A DNA stretch of 64,000 nt from Opitutia bacterium (GCA_947478395.1 CANJVR010000004.1:1-64000); one strand, 5' to 3'; numbered from the stretch's first letter, positions 1-8,783 are shown. Numbers and translations are program-made. The notes: generated from the letters alone by a model not told the origin.

Positions 1-2169
1 CGACACGTTGTGCAGTTGGCCGAGCTTGGCGGTGTCGTATTTCTCGGTGTGGCCGGTCACGAGGATGATTTTTAACGTGCTGCTGTGCGTGAGCAGGCGG
101 CGGCAGAGTTGCACGCCGTCCATGCCGGGCATGCGGATGTCGATGACGGTGATCTTGAGTGTGGCTTGAGCGTCCTTCGGGTGGGCTTGGAGGAAGGCCT
201 CGGCGCTGGTGTAGGCGGCGACGCGATAACCGAGGTCTTGGAGGATGGTCGTGGTGGTCGCTAGGACGATCGGATCGTCGTCGATCACGGCGGCTAGGCC
301 GGATTGTAAAGCGGAGGGCGGCGTGATCGGAAAAGGCGATTGTCCCACCGTGGGTACGCTCGCAGAGAGCGGCAGGGTGATTTCAAAAACGGCGCCGCCA
401 CTGGGGTTGGTTTTGGCTTCGATATTGCCGCCATGGGCGGTCGCGATGGCCTTGGCGGTGGCCAGGCCAAGGCCGGAGCCTTTACCGAGCCGTTTGGTGG
501 TGAAAAAGGGTTCGAAGATGTGGGGGATGATCTCTTCGGGTATACCCGGCCCGGAGTCGGAGACTTGGAGGACGACGTGACGGAAGGGCTCGAGCCCGGA
601 GGCGGTTTTTGGGCGTAGGGTGTAATCGATACGCAGGGTGATGGCGCCCTTGTTATCCATGGCGTCACAGGCGTTGATCATGAGATTCAGCAGCAGGGTG
701 GCCAGCTCGCTACGGTTGCCGACGATGGCGATGTGTTCGCTCGAGTGGATGGACTCCAAAAGGTCGATCGTGACGCCGCGGGAGTGGCGCACTAGGCGGA
801 GGGTTTGGTTGATGATTTCGCGCAGGTCGATGGGCTCGTTTTGGCGCGGGCTACGGCGGGAGAGGGAGAGCAGGTTGCTGCTGAGATCGGTGCAGCGCAG
901 GGCGGCTTGGACGACAATCTCGAGGTGGGAGCGTTGTTGGTCGTTAACGGCCTCGCGGAGGGCCAATTCGCTCATGGCGATCACGCCGGTGAGGATGTTA
1001 TTATATTCGTGGGCCACGCCGCTCGCGAGCCGGCCGATGGCTTGGAGGTGTTTGGCCTCAATGAGCTGTTGGCGGGAATCGAGGGCCTCGGTGATATCGG
1101 TGAGGCACACCATGGCGTGGTTTGGTTCCGTGGGGCTGGGTTTGAAGGGGATGAAACGGACTTTATAGGTGAACGCTTCGCCGTCGGGGGAAGCCCAGCC
1201 AATGATCTTCGTCTGGACGGAGCCGTTGAGGGCCAGGTTTAAGCCAACCCGGAATTCCTCCATGGGTGTGCGGTGGGCGTGGGTATGATCGCCGGGTTCG
1301 AAACGGGCTTTCGCCGACAGTAGATGCGGCTCCTTTTCTTGATAGGCGTCGTTCTTAAAGACTGGTTCGCCTCGCGCGTTAAATTCGGCGCAGGCGAAGG
1401 CGCCGTGGCGCACCAACGCGCTAAACATGGCGTTTTGCGCGAAGCTCTTTTCGCTCAGGCGTTGGTTTTCGCGGGTGAGGGCATTTTCTTTTACCCGGTC
1501 GATCCACATGAAAAAGATGATGCCGAAGAGACCGTAAAGGGCTGGGGCCACGCTGCCGGCAATGATTTTAAGCCCGCAAAGGACGTTCCAGGTCATGAGC
1601 AGAACCATGCATCCGGTGGCAATCGCCATGGCTCGCCCGATCTGTCTATCGCGTTGGCGGCCGGTGATATTCGCTAATATAAATAAATAACCTAGCGCCA
1701 TAATGCCGCCGCTCATGAAAATGGGACGAAAGTGTGGGGTGGGCCGATATTCGGGACGGATGAAGATGTCGCCGTTTAACATCGTTTCCCGGGTGAACGT
1801 CGCCTCGGCCCAATAGCCTCCGCCGGGCAAAAATAAGGCGCCGATCGTCATGACGAGGAACAGCCCGAAGAGGGTTTTTGCGGCGACGCCGGGCTTATGT
1901 TCGGCGATGACCTCGAAAATTTTGATCCAAAAGAGTGCGGTGACGATGACCGACGCGACGCCGATCTGTAGCAGTTTATTTTGCAGCTCCAGTGGCGCAA
2001 AGGCGTGGACGAGCTGAAATAAACTTAAGAAAATCACCGCCAAGCAGAAGGCATTGCGGTAGCTTCGAAAACGTCCGCCTCCGGGCGACTCATGGATCCA
2101 GTTTAGGGAGCTGTAAAAAACGGTCCCGCCCAACGTTATAACTGCTGCGAAAAAATTGAAGGAGTACAA
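1..2169 (-). CDS. Hybrid sensor histidine kinase (multi-TM N-terminus, PAS-like region, HisKA, HATPase, C-terminal receiver); 3' end runs off the window, start approximate (TTG 2169 or CTG 2187)
   Basis: Not in the ORF track because there is no stop in the window; translated manually. About 6-7 hydrophobic segments, H-box GVAHEYNNILTGV, N-box LLNLMINACDAM, DSGPGI...FEPFFTTK..GKGSGLGL, receiver VIDDDP...IDIRMPGMDG. Confidence 0.9.
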   Translation of the reverse strand, partial: MYSFNFFAAVITLGGTVFYSSLNWIHESPGGGRFRSYRNAFCLAVIFLSLFQLVHAFAPLELQNKLLQIGVASVIVTALFWIKIFEVIAEHKPGVAAKTLFGLFLVMTIGALFLPGGGYWAEATFTRETMLNGDIFIRPEYRPTPHFRPIFMSGGIMALGYLFILANITGRQRDRQIGRAMAIATGCMVLLMTWNVLCGLKIIAGSVAPALYGLFGIIFFMWIDRVKENALTRENQRLSEKSFAQNAMFSALVRHGAFACAEFNARGEPVFKNDAYQEKEPHLLSAKARFEPGDHTHAHRTPMEEFRVGLNLALNGSVQTKIIGWASPDGEAFTYKVRFIPFKPSPTEPNHAMVCLTDITEALDSRQQLIEAKHLQAIGRLASGVAHEYNNILTGVIAMSELALREAVNDQQRSHLEIVVQAALRCTDLSSNLLSLSRRSPRQNEPIDLREIINQTLRLVRHSRGVTIDLLESIHSSEHIAIVGNRSELATLLLNLMINACDAMDNKGAITLRIDYTLRPKTASGLEPFRHVVLQVSDSGPGIPEEIIPHIFEPFFTTKRLGKGSGLGLATAKAIATAHGGNIEAKTNPSGGAVFEITLPLSASVPTVGQSPFPITPPSALQSGLAAVIDDDPIVLATTTTILQDLGYRVAAYTSAEAFLQAHPKDAQATLKITVIDIRMPGMDGVQLCRRLLTHSSTLKIILVTGHTEKYDTAKLGQLHNVS

Positions 2170-2269
2170 ATGAGCGGTCGATTCCAGCCTAGTTCGCGCC
2201 AGTCACAAACCCTTTGGAATTTTTTTAGCCCGGCGAATTCTTTGTATAAGTAAAAATTATACGCGTCGC

Positions 2270-2515
2270 ATGCTTGGGTTGATTTTGGCCGGCTTGATTT
2301 TGACTGGAGCAACGGGCTGCGATCGAACTGAGAAAAGTGGCGCCGCGGCGCCGGCGCCGGCGGTCGCGGCGAGAGCCGACGGGGTCGAACGCTATGCGTT
2401 GACCGGCAAAGTTTTGTCCGTGAATGAGGCGGGCAAGGCGATCACGGGGCGGCCCGACGAGGTCAAGGGACTTATGCTGGCGATGACCATGTGGCAGAGG
2501 GGCTTGGCCGAATAG
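2270..2515 (+). pseudogene. Probable truncated/degenerate lipoprotein with partial CusF-like copper-binding domain
   Basis: Lipobox-like ATGC after a hydrophobic stretch. YALTGKVLSVN...ITGRPDEVKGLMLAMTM resembles CusF-like 'G.V.sV....it..H..i.g.M.aMTM.f', but the His is lost and the ORF stops right after MTM. Confidence 0.45.
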
Positions 2516-2731
2516 GGCGGAGTCGTTAGGGCGGGGAAGATCCCGGGGCTTGACGGTCAGTCGAGCTCGAAGCGGGGGAGTTGAACCCCGGGAGCACGCG
2601 CCCGGATGCAACGGAAGTTTTTAGGGCGACGCCGACGAGTAAAATAAAAACATACCGCCCGTCGGCTCTTAAACCGGCGGACCCAGGCGGCATCGGGCGC
2701 AAAATATCGGCCTGTATCGGCGGCGAGACGG

Positions 2732-2747
2732 CGGCATAATCCTTGCC
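2732..2747 (+). promoter_or_regulatory. Possible sigma54 -24/-12 promoter upstream of the sigma54 activator gene
   Basis: CGGCAT-AATCC-TTGCC: GG-N10-GC spacing, about 95 nt before the GTG at 2841. Confidence 0.35.
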
Positions 2748-2840
2748 TCTTGAATGCGGAAAATGCCTATTCTTTCGTAAGTGCGCCGACCGAGCCTTCA
2801 ACCCATTGTCCCGGCTGAATGCCATAACCCCTGATTTTGC

Positions 2841-4304
2841 GTGCCCTTGGATCGCATACTTATCGTCGATGACGACCCGATCATCGCCAAATTGTTGGAG
2901 GAGGTCTGCTCCCAGTCGAATCTCGGGTTTGAGTTCGCGCCGGATCTGACCACCGCCAACAGCCTGATTCTGCGGGAAACTTTTGACATGGTGTTCCTGG
3001 ATGTGCGTCTGCCGGATGGGGACGGACACCAATTTTTGGAACGATTGATGACGTTACCCGACCGGCCGATTGTCGTGATGGTGACCGGGGCCGGCACGAT
3101 CGAGAGCGCCGTGGCGTGCATGCGGGCGGGCGCCTTTGATTACGTCGTCAAGCCCTTCAACGTCTCGCGGATTGAGGTCTTACTGAAGAAGGCCGATGCG
3201 TTCAATCAGCTCGTCAAAGTTAACCGCTTTCTGAACGACCGTGGCGCGGGCGGAGATGAATTTTTAGTGGGTGGCAGCCTCGCGATGCGTCGGCTGCGCT
3301 CGCACGTTGAGCGGGTTGCCCCGACCGAAGCGACGGTGCTGATCACCGGCGAACACGGCTCGGGCAAGGAGATGGTGGCTCGGGAGATTTTCCGCCTCTC
3401 TTCGCGCCGCCGCGAGGCTTTCATCAAGGTGAATTGCGCGGCGCTGTCCGAGACGCTGATCGAGAGTGAATTATTTGGTCACGAACGGGGCGCCTTTACC
3501 GGCGCGACCGAGAAGCGCGAAGGCCGCTTCGAGCTCGCCAACCGCGGCACGCTCTTGCTCGACGAAGTGAGTGAAATCCCGCCCAACCTGCAGGCTAAAC
3601 TTTTGCGCGTGCTCCAGGAGCGTGAGTTTGAACGCGTGGGCGGCAGCAAGCCGATCAAGGTCAACGTGCGGATCCTCGCGACCTCCAACCGCGATCTTTT
3701 GCGCTATGTGGAGCAGGGGAGTTTTCGCGCCGATTTGTATTACCGCTTAAACGTGTTTCCCATCCATGTGCCGCCTCTGCGGGAGCGTGGTGAGGAGATC
3801 CCGATGTTGGCTGAGTCGTTCCTGCGCTTGAGTGCGCGGCGCAGTGGTATCCGGGTCCTGGGCTTTTCGCCGCAGGCGATGCACGCTCTGCGCTCGTACC
3901 GCTGGCCGGGCAATGTGCGCGAACTCCAAAATACGATCGAGCGCGCGGTGATCCTCTCGGAAAACGACCGCCCGATCTCCGGCGCAGCGCTCGGGATCGA
4001 TCTGCCTGAAGGCGCGGTCGAAGATGTCGTGGAATCGGATTGGCAAGCCCCCGCCCAGCCGCTGGTCGCGCCCGCGGCGGCTCCGCTGGCCCCTCGCGTC
4101 GCGCTCGCGCCAGCATCGGCGGCGGCGGTCGCTGCGCCGCCCTTGCAGTCACTCGCGGAAATGGAAAAATACGCGATCTTGGCGGCCATGAAAGCGAAGG
4201 ACGGCAACCGCGCGCAGGTCGTCGAGCTACTGGGAATTTCTGTCCGGACCCTCCGCAATAAATTGCAGGAGTACCGGCAGAGTGGCGATTTTTCGGACGA
4301 ATAA
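2841..4304 (+). CDS. Sigma54-dependent NtrC-family response regulator (FleR/FlrC-like flagellar activator)
   Basis: REC (ILIVDDD, FLDVRLP, KPF), AAA+ GEHGSGKE, ESELFGHERGAFTGA, LLLDEV, WPGNVREL, C-terminal Fis HTH LGISVRTLRNKL; lies next to the flagellar cluster. Confidence 0.93.
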   Translation: MPLDRILIVDDDPIIAKLLEEVCSQSNLGFEFAPDLTTANSLILRETFDMVFLDVRLPDGDGHQFLERLMTLPDRPIVVMVTGAGTIESAVACMRAGAFDYVVKPFNVSRIEVLLKKADAFNQLVKVNRFLNDRGAGGDEFLVGGSLAMRRLRSHVERVAPTEATVLITGEHGSGKEMVAREIFRLSSRRREAFIKVNCAALSETLIESELFGHERGAFTGATEKREGRFELANRGTLLLDEVSEIPPNLQAKLLRVLQEREFERVGGSKPIKVNVRILATSNRDLLRYVEQGSFRADLYYRLNVFPIHVPPLRERGEEIPMLAESFLRLSARRSGIRVLGFSPQAMHALRSYRWPGNVRELQNTIERAVILSENDRPISGAALGIDLPEGAVEDVVESDWQAPAQPLVAPAAAPLAPRVALAPASAAAVAAPPLQSLAEMEKYAILAAMKAKDGNRAQVVELLGISVRTLRNKLQEYRQSGDFSDE

Positions 4305-4366
4305 ACGTCCAGCTCTACCCGATACGGGAGATTTTTATTTAAGGCGACAGATTGAGCTTAAGCTTT

Positions 4367-4490
4367 CTGTCCCGGCTCCGTTTAGAAAGGAGCGGACAGT
4401 CGCTTACGACGCGCGAAAAAGAATTTAGCGGACTTCGGTCTGCTACCAACGCGAACTGCCCCGCGCTTCTTCGAAGGAAGCGCGGGGCCA
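4367..4490. repeat. Intergenic cluster of three hairpins; outer two are related (REP-like)
   Basis: ctgtcccggctcc..ggagcggacag; agcggac-ttcg-gtctgct; gccccgcgcttc-ttcgaag-gaagcgcggggc (4458-4488). Confidence 0.5.
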
Positions 4491-4525
4491 GCTGCCTCAG
4501 CCGAAATGAATCTAGGGATTTTGCT

Positions 4526-4552
4526 TTAGCTTTCGTCCGTAGAGGCCGTTGA
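4526..4552 (+). promoter_or_regulatory. Possible sigma28 (FliA) promoter
   Basis: TTAG-N15-GCCGTTGA vs consensus TAAA-N15-GCCGATAA, 34 nt before ATG 4587. Confidence 0.3.
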
Positions 4553-4586
4553 CTAATTTATCTCTTTTATTCCCGCGATTTCATCC

Positions 4587-5528
4587 ATGGCTCGATTGCT
4601 CAAACATCTCGTCCCGATTTTGGTGACGTGCCTCCTCACGGTGGGCGCGGCGCCGGGGATGGTTGCGGCTGAGAACAATCGCTTTGGTTCGGCGGAATTT
4701 CCTGAGACTGCGCCGATCGCGCCTCGGGCGGCGATTGCTCCGGCGGCTGCGCCCGCGCCCGCGTCCGTTGCGCCGGAAACCAAGGCCGCCAAGCCGGGTG
4801 TCATCGCGGGTATCATCCCGGTGATCCGCCGGATCTTTACCATCAAACGCGGTAGCAGCCCCGCGGCGGAAACGCCGCCGGTGGTGGCATCCCGGCCGCA
4901 AGTTGCGGCCGCGGAAACGATCGCTCCGTCCGCTGAAGCCAGCATTCCCGTTGCTTCCGCGCCCGCGCCCGCGGTCAAGCCGGCGGCTCATTTCCTCGCC
5001 GAGACGCCCCCCTTGGAACCGATGGTGCCGACCTCTTCCAGTCGTTTCAGCTGGCTTAAGCGCAACCGCGAGCTGACGGCTTCGGTGCCGGCGCTCGTGG
5101 CCGGCGGGTTGCCGGTGTTGCGCTTGGAGGCGCGTCGGAGCCGAGCGCCCAATTTGCCGCGGCAGACGCGCTTGGACATGGATCAACGGATTGAAAAACT
5201 CGGTCCCGAGTTGGAGCCGATTTCCGGTTCCGATGTGATGAGTGGGGCGAGCCTGTCGGCCGCCGTGCCCGTGGCTGCCGGGGTGGAGGAAACGGTGATT
5301 ACGTTGGAGGCGGCCGCGGCCGTTCAGGCTAAGACGGCGGGTACCGCTGGCGCGGTCGGAACGACGGATAGAATTACCCGGCGCTCGGAGGAAATTAAGT
5401 TGATTCCCAGCGACACCAAGCAGCGTGAGCAATTCCGCGAGGTCATTCTCTTTTTCGATCCGCCGCCGCCCAAAGCATCGAGTTCGGCGCAGAAGCCGAC
5501 CAGTTCCGCGACGTATGAACAGAAGTAA
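4587..5528 (+). CDS. Exported Pro/Ala-rich hypothetical protein, flagellar-associated
   Basis: Signal peptide-like N-terminus, low-complexity body, short C-terminal motif REQFREVILFFD...SSATYEQK; overlaps the next gene. Confidence 0.6.
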   Translation: MARLLKHLVPILVTCLLTVGAAPGMVAAENNRFGSAEFPETAPIAPRAAIAPAAAPAPASVAPETKAAKPGVIAGIIPVIRRIFTIKRGSSPAAETPPVVASRPQVAAAETIAPSAEASIPVASAPAPAVKPAAHFLAETPPLEPMVPTSSSRFSWLKRNRELTASVPALVAGGLPVLRLEARRSRAPNLPRQTRLDMDQRIEKLGPELEPISGSDVMSGASLSAAVPVAAGVEETVITLEAAAAVQAKTAGTAGAVGTTDRITRRSEEIKLIPSDTKQREQFREVILFFDPPPPKASSSAQKPTSSATYEQK

Positions 5529-6861
5529 GCGAGTCTTGGTGGCGGGCGCGGCCTGGATCGGGTGGTTTTCTGCTGGATTATTAGCCGCCGAAGCACCGCA
5601 CGCCGCGGAGGCACCGCATGCTGCCGAAGCACCGCACGCTACCGAGGCACTGCATGCTGCGGAGCCTGCGCACGCAGCGCCGGTCCATGAAACGGCCCCG
5701 GCGAAGGCGCCGGCGGGCGAGCACGCGCAGCCTGAGCCGGAACCCGCGAAGCTAGAAAACGCCCCCGTGGCGGAAGTTCCGCCCGTGGCTGAGTCCCACC
5801 GAACGGCGGAAACTCCGCCTGCGGCGGCTCCGGTGCATGGGGCAGAAGCGGGCCCCGCGAAGGTCACGGCGGAAGCGCACGGTCCGGCGGTGCACGCGGA
5901 AGATCCTAGTGCTAAAACGAAAGAAGCGGCCTCGCTCGCCAATCTTACTTTGGCCCGATCTTTTCGGGCCAACCAAGATTGGGGCCAGGCGATTCCCTTG
6001 TTTGAGGCGTTTGTGCTGGAAAACCCCGATTCGCCGGAGTTGCCGCGGGTGTTGCTCGAATTGGGTCGTACGTACGCTCAGGCGGGTGCCACCGAATCGG
6101 CCCTGAGCCGATTTTATTCCGTGCTCGATCTCTCGCTTAATCAGGAAGGCGCCTCGTTTGTGACGGCGCGACAACTCGCGTACTCCGCGCAATACGAAAT
6201 CGCGCAGACCCAGATGGCGCTGGGTCGCTACACGCAGGCCGCGCGACTTTTCCGCGGCATGCACAAACTGCCCCTGATCGACGTAGATCGCTCCAATATT
6301 TATCTGTCCTGTGCGCGGGCGCTCAAGCTTTCGGGCGATAAAGCCGGAGCGGCGGAGGAGTATCAGGCCCTCTTGCAGTTGTTTGCGGACAGCCCGTTCG
6401 TGTCGGAAGCGCGCTTCGAGTTAGCGGTCGTGTTCGCTGAACTGGGTCGCCGGGATGATGCGTTGCGGGAGGTCTTGTCGTTGTTTGAACGGCAAAAAAG
6501 TGCCGGCAGTTCCGATGAGTCGTGGCGATACTGGCAGCGCCGGGCCGGCAATCAGTTGGCCAATATGTTTTATAGCGCAGGAAATCTCCCGGAAGCGGCG
6601 GAGCTTTACGGGAAATTGCTCCAGCTCTCGGGGGAGGCGCGCTGGCGTTGGCCGTTGCTTTACCAAGTGGGTTTGGTCGCAGAGCAGATGAAGGATTTTG
6701 CCAAGGCGAAGGCGACGTACACCGAATTGGCCGCGGCGAAAGCGGAGGGTTTGCCCACGGAAGTGGCCGAACTGCCGAAGCTGGCTCAGTGGCGGCTTGA
6801 GCATCTGGGTTGGTCTGAGCGGATGGATTCGGAGCTCAAGAGCTTGAAGCCGGGACCTTGA
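5515..6861 (+). CDS. Exported tetratricopeptide-repeat protein with His/Ala-rich N-terminal repeat
   Basis: ATG 5515 gives a signal peptide; TPR-like helices (AIPLFEAFVLENPDSP, AAEEYQALLQLFADSPFVSEARFELA, LYQVGLVAEQMKDFAKAKATY). Confidence 0.8.
   Translation: MNRSKRVLVAGAAWIGWFSAGLLAAEAPHAAEAPHAAEAPHATEALHAAEPAHAAPVHETAPAKAPAGEHAQPEPEPAKLENAPVAEVPPVAESHRTAETPPAAAPVHGAEAGPAKVTAEAHGPAVHAEDPSAKTKEAASLANLTLARSFRANQDWGQAIPLFEAFVLENPDSPELPRVLLELGRTYAQAGATESALSRFYSVLDLSLNQEGASFVTARQLAYSAQYEIAQTQMALGRYTQAARLFRGMHKLPLIDVDRSNIYLSCARALKLSGDKAGAAEEYQALLQLFADSPFVSEARFELAVVFAELGRRDDALREVLSLFERQKSAGSSDESWRYWQRRAGNQLANMFYSAGNLPEAAELYGKLLQLSGEARWRWPLLYQVGLVAEQMKDFAKAKATYTELAAAKAEGLPTEVAELPKLAQWRLEHLGWSERMDSELKSLKPGP
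5584..5673 (+). repeat. In-frame 18-bp tandem repeat, five degenerate units (AAEAPH)
   Basis: gccgccgaagcaccgcac / gccgcggaggcaccgcat / gctgccgaagcaccgcac / gctaccgaggcactgcat / gctgcggagcctgcgcac. Confidence 0.85.
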
Positions 6862-6883
6862 GGGCTCTTGCTTTCGCTCACTC

Positions 6884-7249
6884 ATGAAGCGTCCCGAAGC
6901 GGTAGAAACCCACCTTAAAATCTGCGAAGAGCTGCACGCTTTGGTGTTGGAAGAGAATCGCATTTTGCGCGAGGAGCAGCGGTTGCCGGGCGCGGAAATC
7001 AGCACGCGGAAGGAAGGCTTGTTGCAGCGGCTGAACGAGAGTGTGGCCGCTTTGAAAACGGCTGATAAAGATGGGGGCGGCGGCCCTCGCTTGGTGCTGG
7101 CGCGCGAACGCTCGATGCAGATCTTGCGATTGGATCGGGAGAATGAGCAGTTACTCCTCCGGCACAGTTTGGGGACGCGGCGCCCCGTGGTGGCTCAATC
7201 GCTCTCGGCGGCCGCGCAATTGTACGCGACGCGGTTGCCTAAATCTTAA
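6884..7249 (+). CDS. FlgN-like flagellar export chaperone
   Basis: 121 aa helical protein with pattern L..LVLEENRIL...RKEGLLQRL...LDRENEQLL; flagellar context. Confidence 0.55.
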   Translation: MKRPEAVETHLKICEELHALVLEENRILREEQRLPGAEISTRKEGLLQRLNESVAALKTADKDGGGGPRLVLARERSMQILRLDRENEQLLLRHSLGTRRPVVAQSLSAAAQLYATRLPKS

Positions 7250-7263
7250 CGAGATCGTGCCGC

Positions 7264-8607
7264 TCAGCCTAGAACCTGGAGGCGTTGGCCGAGCTGCGTG
7301 CTGCGATCGATAGGTGGCGCTAGTTTTTTCACGAGGTCGTCCGTCGTGAGTTTTGAGTCCAGATGGAAAGCACCCGCTCTATCGCCGTAAAGCGGAGCCG
7401 CGAGCGTCAGGCCGGCCGGGATTTCACTCGGCAAGGGGGTGCGGAAGAGCGCGGGGTCATCCACGAGACTGGGAATGCGGCAGAATAGGTTGACGGCGGC
7501 GGGGTCGAGCGCTCGGCCGGATTGGGCGATGACCGCTTCCAGGGCGGCGGGGTGGGGCGCGGTATTATCCACGACATGCACGGCGACGGCGAGGCAGCGC
7601 GCGAGCCACGGGATCGTCTCGCCTTTTAAGCCGTCGGGAAAACCGCTACCGTCAAAGCGCTCGTGATGATTACGCACGATTTCTGCGACCGCTGCGTCGG
7701 GGTCAAAGTGGCAGGCGAGGTTATGGCTGAGGATGGGATGCGTTTCATACATCTCCGCATCGGATTCCGACAAGTTCGCGAATCCGCTTTGAATGCGTTC
7801 AAGTAAACCTTGGTCAAACCCGATCATACCCAGGTCGCACAGGGAGGCCGCGAGCAGGAGTCGGCGCGCGGCCTCGGGCGTGAACGAATCTAATTGGGCG
7901 AATTTACGGACGATGGTCACCAAGTGCTGACTGCGTGCGGCGAGGCGAGGGCTGCGCGACGAGAGGATGTGGTGGCAAAAGTGCAGCGCGTCTTCGAGTC
8001 CGCGTTGCTGGAGTTGTCCGGCGGCCTTAAGGGAGTGGAGTTTTGAGCCTAATTCCGCGCCGAGGGCTTCGATGCGTAACTGCAACTGCACGGCATTTTG
8101 ATTCAGGTCGCGCAACTCCTGTTGCAGAGAGGCATTTTCTTTGCGGGTGGCGGCGGTGACCACGCCGGCGGCGACGGTGGCGATCAGTTCCTCCCGGAGC
8201 CACGGCTTGGTGACAAAGCCGAAGAGCCGGCCCTCACGCACTTGCTCCATCGCCTGATTGACCGTGAACACACTGGAGAGCGCCACGATCGAGGCATAAG
8301 GCTGACGGATCGCGGTGCGATTTAATAGATCGTGTTCAGGTTGATCGAGTAACTCGTGATCGGCGAGCACCACGGCGAAATCTTCGTGTTCCAGTAATGC
8401 AAGGGCGGGGGCGGAGGTCTGAGCCTGATGTACGACGAAGCCTTCGCATTCGAGGGTGAGCTGGAGGGCTTCTAAGGTCACCGCATCGGAATTGACCACG
8501 AGCACAAGCGGGCAGGCACGATGCTCCCGTCGGCCGTAGGCATGCGGCGCGCGAGGAATCACGAGGAGATTCCGGGAATCGGACTGAGTTTGAGTAGACA
8601 CAAGCAA
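7264..8607 (-). CDS. Response regulator with degenerate HD-GYP domain
   Basis: REC (VVLAD, FVTKPW), coiled coil, LCDLG in place of LHDIG, HHERFDGSGFPDGLKGETIP; start codon uncertain. Confidence 0.85.
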   Translation of the reverse strand: MLVSTQTQSDSRNLLVIPRAPHAYGRREHRACPLVLVVNSDAVTLEALQLTLECEGFVVHQAQTSAPALALLEHEDFAVVLADHELLDQPEHDLLNRTAIRQPYASIVALSSVFTVNQAMEQVREGRLFGFVTKPWLREELIATVAAGVVTAATRKENASLQQELRDLNQNAVQLQLRIEALGAELGSKLHSLKAAGQLQQRGLEDALHFCHHILSSRSPRLAARSQHLVTIVRKFAQLDSFTPEAARRLLLAASLCDLGMIGFDQGLLERIQSGFANLSESDAEMYETHPILSHNLACHFDPDAAVAEIVRNHHERFDGSGFPDGLKGETIPWLARCLAVAVHVVDNTAPHPAALEAVIAQSGRALDPAAVNLFCRIPSLVDDPALFRTPLPSEIPAGLTLAAPLYGDRAGAFHLDSKLTTDDLVKKLAPPIDRSTQLGQRLQVLG

Positions 8608-8627
8608 ACCTGATAAGGGCGTACGGA

Positions 8628-8654
8628 AGAACGGTCCAACTGGGGCCGGACTTA
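8628..8654 (-). promoter_or_regulatory. Possible sigma28 (FliA) promoter for the HD-GYP gene
   Basis: Minus strand TAAG-N15-ACCGTTCT, about 20 nt before the predicted start. Confidence 0.3.
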
Positions 8655-8677
8655 AGTAAAAAACGCGAAATATTTGG

Positions 8678-8692
8678 CGGCAAAAATTGCCT
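8678..8692. promoter_or_regulatory. Putative enhancer box (UAS) for the flgB sigma54 promoter
   Basis: Near-palindrome CGGCA-AAAAT-TGCCT, centre 100 nt upstream of the -24 GG; similar boxes at 16528 and 22655. Confidence 0.5.
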
Positions 8693-8783
8693 ATCGTTTT
8701 AAGGGTTAATATCAGGGCCTTCGGGGTATTTAGTTTATTTTAGTTCATTGATTAATAGAGATTTACAATAACAGTGCCGACGC

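Noticed and set aside
245..1677. Several short + and - ORFs in the track
   Set aside because: Shadow ORFs of the long minus-strand kinase, which runs off the window edge
4305..4586. c-di-GMP riboswitch upstream of the flagellar accessory operon
   Set aside because: No GEMM-type GNRA tetraloop/receptor signature could be identified
5584..5673. Possible CRISPR-like repeat
   Set aside because: Contiguous in-frame 18-bp units with no spacers and no cas genes
4581..5972. 463-aa minus-strand ORF with CGASAA repeats
   Set aside because: Antisense to two + strand genes with signal peptides and TPRs; the repeat is just the reverse of (AAEAPH)n
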